Source of the DNA: Octopus vulgaris
Taxonomy: Eukaryota
Assembly (NCBI GenBank): GCA_951406725.2
Contig: OX597822.1
Coordinates: forward strand, 24,366,001 to 24,430,000
Reading direction: 5' to 3'
DNA: 64,000 nt
Under the pieces are notes generated by a model, which had not been told where the DNA came from, did not search any database, and worked only from the letters and a program-made list of their open reading frames with translations. Shown piece by piece: positions 53,801 to 64,000 of the stretch (the first letter of the stretch is position 1; every line of letters starts with the position of its first letter). The translations under genes and the position numbers were made by a program.

Positions 53801-56800
53801 GCATGCTAACCATTCTGCCAGCTCACAGTGAGTTGGTCTTTATGTTCTGAGTTCAAATTTGGCCAAGGTAGACTTTGCCTTTCATCCTTTCGGGAACGAT
53901 AAAATAAGTATCAGTTGAGTACTGGGGTTGATGTAATTGATTTATCCCCTCCTCTGAAATTCTTGGCCTTGTGCCAAAATTTGAAACCATTATTATGGAA
54001 TCAGGAAGAGATTCTGGATTAAAATAAGCTTATACTAGTGAATGACAGGGACAAACTTAGTTTAGGGGAGGCCTAGCTTTGTATGTATAGGACCAAGGGA
54101 AAAAGTGCATCTTAAATGTCATCAAATATACTCTTTTACTTGTTTCAGTCATTTGACTGCGGCCATGCTGGAGTACCGCCTTCAGTCGAGCAAATTGACC
54201 CCAGTACTTATTCTTTGTAAGCCTAGTACTTATTCTACCGGTCTCTTTTGTTGAACTGCTAAGTTACAGGGACGTAAACACACCAGCATTGGTTGTCAAG
54301 CGATGTTGTGGGACAAACACAGACACGCAAACATATACACACACATACATATACATGACGGGTTTCTTTCAGTTTCCATCTACCAAATTCACTCACAAGG
54401 CATTGGTCGGCCTGAGGCTATAGTAGAAGACACTTGCCCCAGGTGCCATGCAGTGGGACTGAACCCAGAACTATGTGGTTGGTAAGCAAGCTACTTACCA
54501 CACAGCCACTCCTGCGCCTATATATGGTCATCATCATCATCATTTAATGTCTGTTTTCCATGTTGGCATGAGTTGGGTGGTCTGACAGGAGGTGGCAAGC
54601 CAGAGAGCTGCACTAGGTTCCAATTGTCTGTTTTGGCATGGTTTCTATGGCCAGATGCCCTTCCTAATGCCAACCACTTAACAAAGCATACTGGGTGCTT
54701 TTCATGTGACTCCAGAACAGCTGCTCTTTATGTAGAACCAGCACAGGTGCCTGCTACATGACACCAGCATGGCTACTTGTTACGTGACATCAGCACATGT
54801 TTTTTTACGTGGCACCAGCTCGGGTGCTCTTTATGTGGCACCAGCATGAATTAACGCTAACTCATATTTATGATGCAGACATGGTTGTGTAGTTAAAAAG
54901 TTGGTTTTGCAATCACTTTGTTTGAAGTTCCATATCAAAGAGCAGCCACTTGGGTCAAACCATCCCTTTGAGTAAAACTGTGAAATTTGGTAAAGTTATG
55001 TTAGACTTCATTGGATGGATTGTATACGGTTATCCTTTCTTTGCTGGGAGTCTTCAATCACAGGCTGGATTTCACATTACCAGTTAGGCCCTTTGGGGGG
55101 GGGGGGGCAGGGAGTGCCTTTAGCAGAGTCTACTCTGTTGCAAGCATTTGGGGCCAGGCATCCTGTCTAATAAGAGTAACTTCATATTCTGATGTGCTCC
55201 TTCCTGCTAGAGTAACCCAAGGGTCCTGGTCTGTCACCACCACTGTCACTACTGTGCTATCACCACCACCACCAAGGACACTAGCCTGTAAGGTCCTGCC
55301 AAAAATTGAGGCTATTGTTCTTTCTCTCACCCCTCCCACTCCTGTAAACTGAATCATACACACACACATATACAAAATTGTTTTAAGAATCCAATTTTGT
55401 TCTGTGACATGTCTTTTCAACAAGAGTTTGTGGGATGGGAGAATGAATATGGAATAGTAACAAAACAAAACATAATTATGCAGTTGAGATAATTTTCAAC
55501 ACCTGATACTCATAAAAAATTTTACAAAAGTAAAACTAAACAAAAAGAAATGCTATCAAGGTGACCTTTCTGTTAAAAGCATGGCTTTGAATAAATAATT
55601 TAAGTTAGGTTCCTTGGTGTATGGTGTTGAATAAATACTTTCAGGTGTACTGTTGCATGGTGGTTATGGATCATTAAGTGTGCAACCATGCTGAACATAA
55701 TACTTTAGCAGAAGTATAAACAAACTTACAAACCTTAGGCTATTTTTATCTACAATACAACTGTTCTGACTTCATGTTTATTTCCCTGGTATCTGTTATT
55801 AGCTTAAAGGGTGACACACAGAATGGTGTGCGGGTATTCATAGTTTATTGAAATTTCTTTCCAAGTTCATCACCATTGTTTTAATATGAATTGCTAGCTT
55901 AAGTTAGCGATCGATCTGGCAGGATCGTTAGCACACTGGGCAAAATGCCTTGTGACATTTCATCCGTCTTCACATTCTGAGTTCAAATACCACTGAGGTT
56001 GACTTTGCCTTTCATCCTTTTGGAGTCGAGCATTGTGGTTGATGTAATCAACATACCCCTTACCCTGAAATCGCTGGCCTTGTGCCAAAATATGAAACCA
56101 GTATTATGATGGCAAGCAGCCTTGTAGTATTGCATGTCTTTATGTTCTGAGTTCAAATTTTGCTGAGGTCGAATTTGCTTTTTATCTTTTCCGAGGCAAT
56201 AAAAAAAAAACACTAGTCAAGCACTGGGGTTGATCTAATCAACTAGTAGCCTCCCCCAAAGTTGATAACCTTGTGCCGAAATTTGAAACCAATTTTAATT
56301 GCTAGCAAGGACATTGTATTTTGATTTCCAACCATAATATACTACCAAGTATATTAAAGGTTTTACAAGTCAATATTGTGCTTTTACTTTTGTGTTAGCA
56401 GTGCAATGTTCTCATTATTTTAATGTTTATCTCTACAGAGATAAATCTTATAGAAAATCATTGTTCTAATGTCCACTTTTCCATCCTTGCAGGCATCAAT
56501 TGGAATTTGTTCTCAGTTCAGCTAAAGAAACTTATAGACCTTAAAAAAAAAAAAAAGGAAAGAAAGAAAAAAATCCCTCATAAATCCTGGGGTTTGAATA
56601 GCTGCAATCCAATGACTGAAACAAATAAAAGCCAAAAGATATCACCGTCATTGTGTCTTTAGCACTCACCATTCTAACACTTATGGAAAGTTTAAAATGG
56701 AGTCAATGAGCATTTCACATTAGGCCTGAGTGGGCCTTATTACCAGCTTTGGGCCACAATAAGGCCTGGGTGGGCTTTATTACCAGCTTTGCACAAGCCT

Positions 56801-57706
56801 GTCTGACAGTGAAATATTTTTATATGTTTAAAAATAATTTAATATCTTTTATCTTTGACTTGTTTCAGTCATTAGATTGTGGCCATGCTGAGGGATTGTG
56901 GCCATGCTGAGGGACCATCTTGAAGAATTTTTAGTCAAATGAATTGGCCCCAGTACTAATTTTTAAAAAACCTGGTACTTATTCTCTCTGGCCGTTCTCA
57001 AGATGCAAAATTTGAAAATAACCAATTTTTTCAGTTTTTCATCACACAGTGATGCCTTTGGACATAGAACAGATACTTGATAGAACTGCTGTTACATGGT
57101 GAGTTTTTATCCATAAAAACCAAGGAAATCGGACTTTCCAGTAAAAAGTTTTCTACAGTGTAACTTTGCAAAAATGCAAAAAATCAATTTTTTTCAAAGT
57201 TTTTCACAATTTTCTTGGGAATCAGAGGCCCCGAGGCAGTGCCAAAATATTTGTCTGAAATGTCACAACATGACGGTCCTATTGACACCAAAATTATAAA
57301 AATTGGACATTCCTGTAAAAACTTTTCTTGCATGCAACTTTTGCCTTTTTTTTTGCAAAAAGTGGGGTATCTCTAGGCATTGGTAATGCAGCAGTGACCT
57401 GTCTGGGTAAATTTGCCATTTAATAAAAAAAAATTTCATCAAAATCGGATGAAAAGTGTGGAAAAAGCATACATATACTCAGAGACATTTTGAGTTTTAT
57501 AGATATAAAGCTTGCACAACACCTCTCAGACCTTCTCCACCCTACTGACATGATCCAGAGACAAGCCAGAGTAAGATATCCAGTGAAAATAGGGGTCATA
57601 TACACACATTCATAATGGCTTCACATTTTGGCACAAGACCAGCAATTTCAAGGGAGTGGGTAAGTTGTGTATATCAATCCCAGTGTTCACCAGGTAGTCA
57701 TTTTAT

Positions 57707-57955
57707 GTTAGTTAGTTAGTTAATTTGGCTCAAAAGCAAATAGCAAGGCCATGTAGGGGGACATGGAGTTAAGTACAGGGTGGTGTTCATGTAAAGAGTT
57801 CAGGCCACTTGAGGTCCAGGGAGGCTTTGAACAAAGCGGTCGTCGGCATCTTCACCATCTCGTCTGGCAGCTTGTTCCATGGATCCGCAACCCGGACGGA
57901 GAAAGCTCCTCTCCTTCGATTGAGATGAAATCGTCGCAGGTAGAGCTTTTCGGAA
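57707..57955 (-). mobile_element. CR1-group LINE 3' end with (TAAC)n tail, nested in a family A SINE
   Basis: Minus-strand KLYLRRFHLNRRRGAFSVRVADPWNKLPDEMV...FKASLD; tail seen as (GTTA)n at ~57707-57723. Confidence 0.8.
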
Positions 57956-60900
57956 AGGACGAAAGGACGAAAGACAAAGTTGACTTCAGCAGAATTTGAA
58001 CTCAGAATGTGAAGGCGGATGAAATGCTAAGCATAAGCATTTTACTTGGCATGCTAATGATTCTGCCAAATACATACATAATGGGAAAAATTTCTTAATG
58101 GCATTTCATCCATCATTATGTTTCAAGTTAAAGTTCGGCAGAGGTCAACTTTGCCTTTTATACTTTCAGGGTCAATAAAATAAGTAACAGTTGAGTACTG
58201 GGATCAGTGTTATTGACTAACCCTCTCTCCTGAAATTGCTGGCGTTGCTGCAGAATTGTCAGTGCACCAGACAAGAATGTTTTACTGTACCAAATCCACT
58301 CACAAGGACTTAAATTTTGTTGGGCACAAGGTTAGTTGATACTGTCCATCCCAATACATAGCTGGACCTTTATATTATTAACTCCAGAAAGAATGTAAAG
58401 CAAAGTTAACATTGGTAGGATTTGAACTCAGAACGTGAATAGCCAGAGGGAATACCACAAAGCAAGATGTTTCTGTTGCTCTAACAACTCTGCCAGCTTG
58501 TTCCCTTTATACATACATTCATAACAGTAATTTGAATGTATTAATAACAGATACGTGTGGGAGCATATGTGTGTATGTGTGTGCATTACCTGCTGATAAC
58601 TAATGCCCTGAAGCATCAAGTGACCATACTATATCAATAAAGTCATGAATAATTCAATATACGAGAGTTATTTATTATCAGTTTATCAACAACTATCTCA
58701 CTCCACTTCTTACAGAATCTGCCAACTTGTCCTTGGAATAATATTAAATTTCCTCTCACTTGGTACGTTGCCAAATTCTACTAATATCAGAATATACAGG
58801 TCTTTCAACTAACCCTTCCCCTCCCCCATCATGTTGTTTATCTGTTTTAGTATTATAATGGTGGTGAGCTGGCAGAATTGTTAGCATGCTGAACAAAATA
58901 CCTAGAGGTATTTTGTCTATCTTTGCATTATGAGTTCAAATTTGGCCAAGACTGACTTTGATTTTCATCTTTTCAGGATCGATAAAGTAATTATCAATTG
59001 AGCTCTGGGTTCATTTAATCAACTAGCCCTCTCACCTCAAATTCCAGGCCTTGTATCTATAATAGAAAGAATTATTATTATGGTGGAGTGGCAGAACCAT
59101 TACCACACTGGATGAATTAGTGACATTTCATTTGTCTTCACATTCTAAGTTCAAATTCCAATGAGGTCAACTTTGCCTTTTGTACTTTCGGGGTTGATAA
59201 AATAAGTACCAGTTGAGTACTGAGGTTGATGTAATTAACTTATTCCCCTCCCTCAAAATCTGAAATCATAATCATTATTATTATTATTATTGATTGAGAG
59301 AGCAGTGCATGCCATCGAAGTGACATTGCAGTAAAATATATGAAGCCCAGTATACTTATGACTATCCATCTGATAAGGGTACACCAGGCACATGCATCAC
59401 AACCATATATGCGCAACATGGTGATCTCATATCAAGATAAACAGCACATGACCTTGCAGGTGGGGGCCCAGTTAGAATTTTTTTCAGGTCGAGTAGCCCA
59501 ACCTGCTCAAAAGGTCCCTGAAGAAGGGTTGTTTAAGGATGATGAACAAAACACCCATATTTCCAGAGGTGTATTATCCAAACCCTAAAGAATTCCTTTC
59601 AACACATGGCTATGATGCTCCCCCATTATTTCTGCTCATGATCAGAAATGCACATATCGTCAGCCACTTAGGGACAGGCTCAACTGGTTAAAGTCAAACA
59701 ACTGACAAGCAAATCTGTGGTATTGAGCAGAATATTTGCTGTAGCCTATCTTTTATACCAAGACAAAACAATGTATATGATAACACTTCCAATCAGTTGA
59801 GAAGCCATGAAAGCCACTGCCAGGTACTGCATCTGGGCATTATTATCATCATCATTATCATTATTATTATCATTATTATTATGGTGGAAAGTTGGAAGAA
59901 TTGGTAGCATGCCAAGCAAAATGTTTTGTAACATTTCGTCCATCTTTATGTTCTGAGATAAAATTTGGCTGAGGTCAATTTTACCTTTTGTCCTTTTGGG
60001 GTCAACATAATAAGCACCAGCCAAGTACTGGTGTTGATGTAATTGTAACCCCACCCCCTTCTAAAATTGCTGGCCTTGTGGCAGAATTGTTAGTACATCA
60101 GACAGGAACGTTTAATAGCAGGCTTCTTTCAGTTTCTGTCTACCAAATCCACTCATAAGGCTCTGGTCAGCTTGAGGCCATGATAGAAGACACTTGCCCA
60201 AGATGCCACGCAGAAGGACTGAACCTAGAACCATATGGTTGGGAAGTAAACATGTTACCACGCAGTCACACACACACACACACCAGACTTCTGCATGCTG
60301 AGATTAAACAGAGAACCGTATGGCTGTGAAACAAACTTTTTAACTATGTAGCCATGACTGCGATATAAGAAAGAAAATGTCTTCAATCGTTTTTTTTTTT
60401 TCTTTTAAATTTAAATTTTATTTTTTATGGTTTGATGATGAGAGTAAGTCCTATTTCGTGACCTTTGCAGTCTCCCTCAGGCTGGTATTTCAAATGGAAA
60501 TTATAAGCTGCTTAGGAAAAAAAAAAAGAAAAAACCTGACATACACTAAAAAAAATTTGTCATTCATCTTCCCACTTTTCAGCTATAGTAAATGGAAAGA
60601 TCTGAATAATTTATACAAGGCAGAGATGTAAAAGGTGAACGTTGGTAGAAAGATTAATTTGAGAAAATGAAGTTTTTATTTGAATTTTCTTCTGTAATAT
60701 AAAACTTACTATCAGGTCTCCAAGACTGGTTACAGCAGACAATATAAATCTAATCATGGCTGTGTGGTAAGAATCTTGCTTCCCAACCACATGGTTCCAG
60801 GTTCAGTCCCACTGTGTGGCACCTTCAGCAAATATCTTCTACTACAGTCTTGGACCAACAAAAGCCTTGTAAGGGAATTTGGTAAACAGAAACTGAAAGA

Positions 60901-61284
60901 AGCCCATCGTGTATATATATGTGTGTATGTGTCCCACCATTACTTGACAACTGGTGTTGTGTTTTTACATCCCAATGACTTAGTAGTTCAGCAAAAGAAA
61001 CTGATAGAATAGGTACTAGGCTTCAAAAAAAAAAAAGCTTGAGGTTGATTTGTTCAACTAAAAACCTTTCAAAGACGTGCTCCAGAATGACCTTAGTCAA
61101 ATGACAGAAATAAATATAAGAAGATTCTACACACATACACACACACACATACATATATGTGTATAGAAAGTTGTTGAAAAGTAATACACGTGTTAATATA
61201 TATAAGGAAAATAAGACAAGGTAGAAAATGTTAAAATAATTTTATCATGAAGAACATTTTAGTACAGGTTTCAGTCTTTGTGAC

Positions 61285-61643
61285 CCCACACTGCAAAGAT
61301 CACATCACAGAAGATCGAAGAGCTTGGATGGGAAAAAATTCCTCATCCACCTTATTCTCCTGACCTTGCTCCTTCAGACTACCATTTGTTTCGTAGTTTA
61401 CAGAATCATTTGGGAAACATAATTTTTGCAAGCCTGGAGGAGGTCGAAACTGACGTTTCAGAGTTCTTCGCTTTGAAACCAAAAGAGTTTTACATTGATG
61501 GGATTAAAAAGCTTGTAAATAGATGGAAGGAAGTCATGGATAATCAGGGAAAGTACATTGATGATTAAATTTCAATTAAATATAACATTTGATCACTTGT
61601 TTTCTTTATTCAAAATTTGGACAGAACTTATGGGATGACCTGA
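61285..61643 (+). mobile_element. mariner transposase 3' fragment with right TIR
   Basis: PHTAKITSQKIEELGWEKIPHPPYSPDLAPSDYHLFRSLQNHL...GIKKLVNRWKEVMDNQGKYIDD* carries the mariner YSPDL signature; TIR-like GGACAGAACTTATGGGATGACCTGAT follows. Confidence 0.92.
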
Positions 61644-61651
61644 TTTATATA

Positions 61652-62158
61652 TCTGAGAGAAAAACTAGGTACATGTAGCATTAGATGTAGTGTGCAAGAG
61701 AGAAGATAGCATTGGTATGCCCATGTAATGCGTATGAAGACAGTTGCATCAAGAGGTACCAATCTCTAATTGTAGAGAAAACATGTACAAGGGGTAGACC
61801 CAGGAAGACGTTGGGATTCACAGAGGGGATGACAGGGGACTGAGACTCCCGATGTTTTGCTGTGTTTGAAAGGACACATCAAGCTAAGTAAAAACATGGT
61901 TGTCTTTGCATACAGGCAACCCTCTCCGGCTGAGCATCCCTAATCTTGTAGGTGCTGGTGCCACGTAAAAAGCGCCCATGTTGGTGCTGCGAAAAAGCAC
62001 CCAGTACACTCTGTAAAGTGGTTGGCATTAGGATGGGCATACAGCCATAGAAACTTGGCCAAATCAGACATGGAGCCCGAACAACCCTTCCTTCAGCTGG
62101 TCAGCTCCTGTCAAACTGTCCAACCCATGCCAGCATAGAAAACAGATGTGAAATGATG

Positions 62159-62160
<2 letters not shown>
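61652..62160 (+). mobile_element. RTE-group LINE 3' end continuous with family E sequence
   Basis: ERR*HWYAHVMRM...RGRPRKT, followed by GGTGCCACGTAAAAAGC units and CCAACCCATGCCAGCAT...ATGATGAT tail. Confidence 0.7.
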
Positions 62161-62191
<31 letters not shown>

Positions 62192-62688
62192 CCTCTTAGC
62201 ATCCCTGATCTCAATCACCCGGAATCGTTGCCCACTCTGGCTTCTATTCTCCCTCATTTACAGGGGCCACTTTTGCCAGCTTGCTGCCTTTGGCTTCAAA
62301 TTCTTGGCACAAGGCTAGCAGTTTTAAGAGAGGGCATAAGTCAGATCAACCCAGTATGCAACTGGTACTTATTTTATCAACCCTGAAGGGATGAAAGGAC
62401 TCTAGTATTACACAACCAACAGAGTATGCTCATTTCATTTCTTTCTAATCTTCAGGAATCCTCTGCATTCAAGACCCATATCATTTTACTATGCAACATC
62501 ATACTCAGCACCTTTGCATCACACAATCTGCCCTTTACTCTCAAGGACAAGACCTTTGTTGCCAGCAGAGATAATAGCTGCCTACACTTTTTCTGGTTAC
62601 TATGCTTTCTGAGCAGTCACTTCACCTGTTAATTAACTCTTCTCAGAAACAGAAACTATCAGTTACTTTAAGAGAGCATCTTGGGTAT

Positions 62689-62746
<58 letters not shown>

Positions 62747-64000
62747 AGCTATATTGCATGTGCTGAAGGCAGCGAGCTGGCAGAAACGTTAGCACGCTGG
62801 GCAAAATGCTTTGCAGTATTTCATCTGCCATTACGTTCTGAGTTCAAATTCAGGCGAGGTCGACTTTGCCTTTCATCCTTTCGGGGGTCGATAAATTAAG
62901 TACCAGTTTCACATTGGGGTCGATGTAATCGGCTTCATCCCTTTGTCTGTTCTTGTTTGTCCCCTCTATGTTTAGCCCCTTGTGGGCAGTAAAGAAATAT
63001 ATTTGCATGTGCTGTTAGTAACTTACAGCCCACCCCTCTGCACCTGCAGTTTATGGAGTCTAACTTCTTTTTTAGAGTGCCTGTGATCCCACTACGACTC
63101 TTGTGCAGGGTCCTGTTTTCTCTCTTACATTCTAATACTTGTGTGTGTGTCTATGTGTATAGGAGTGTGCGGACCCCCCCCCCACACACACACACATCCG
63201 CACAGACATATATACACACACATTTGCATATATACATATATAGACTTATATATTCAAACACATACATACATTCACACACACATACATACACAAATGTAAG
63301 AACATATATATATGCACACATATGCATACATATATACATCACACACAGCCCACCCACTTACCATTTCTCCATCCTACTTTCCCATGACCTCTGTAATAAT
63401 TATTTCTTCAATATACCTCTCTTCCATACCCTTCCAAATCCTCTTTCTCTCCAAGATTACTTGGCTCTCAAGTTTTCGCCCACCTATATCTCTTCCTTTT
63501 TCTCTCTATCTTTTGACCTTTTACATCATTCCCATCATAATCTCCATAATGATAGGGGTGAGAGTGGCCACATGGATAAGACATGGGATGATGGGTGCTT
63601 GGTTAGCTTTACCCATTAGATCTTGAGTTCAAATCTACAGCTGGCATTTATATCATTTCAAGAGAGAAAAAAAGAAATAGGACAGAGGCATGGCTGTGTG
63701 GATGAGAAGTTTACTTCACTACCATGTGGTCCCAGGTTTGGTCCCACTGCACAGTACCTTCAGGAAATGTCTTCAAGTGTAGTCTTAGGTTGAACAATAT
63801 ATTCTTTTATTCTTTTACTTGTTTCAGTCATTTGACTGTGGCCATGCTGGAGCACTGCCTCAAAGGGTTTTAGCCGAACAAATTGACCCCAGGACTTATT
63901 TTTTCGTTAAGTCTATTACTTAAATCTATCAGTCTCTTTTGCTGAATTGCTAAGTTACAGGGATGTAAACACACACGAACACTGGTTGTCAAGTGGTGAT

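Noticed and set aside
56720-56915. Two short direct duplications (~29 bp and ~21 bp)
   Set aside because: Ordinary slippage-type duplications with no sign of function.
58700-58800. Possible SAT exon 2 (NLATYQ...)
   Set aside because: No donor at the expected length and phase, and similarity stops after a few residues.
60540-60585. Possible SAT exon 2 (...KMNDK...)
   Set aside because: Lacks the ELA.YE motif and a phase-compatible exon of the expected size.

Overview
AT-rich, repeat-dense eukaryotic DNA. The SINE/LINE/microsatellite landscape looks like an octopus (coleoid cephalopod) genome; this is an inference. Two convergent, intron-containing genes are supported. (1) The 3' three coding exons of a divergent SLC16/monocarboxylate-transporter-like MFS gene on + (1630-1773, 4716-5777, 9603-9775). 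(2) The 3' three coding exons of a diamine/spermidine-spermine N1-acetyltransferase (SAT1/SAT2-like GNAT) gene on - (47995-47912, 43732-43590, 27225-27055); its first exons were not found and probably lie beyond 64 kb. The rest is tRNA-derived SINEs, fragments of CR1, RTE, Tx1/L1 and Penelope retroelements, MULE, mariner/Tc1, piggyBac, hAT and Helitron-type elements, and micro/minisatellites including a ~2.3 kb (GAT)n array. Almost all ORFs in the supplied track are spurious repeat translations. The best leads are a candidate poison exon in the SAT intron equivalent to the one holding vertebrate SAT1 exon X, Penelope-type minimal hammerhead motifs with a non-canonical core, a CpG-depletion boundary ~9 kb past the SAT stop, and a foldback element in the same SAT intron. 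None is a proven new system. Repeat coordinates are approximate; exon coordinates were read at splice sites.
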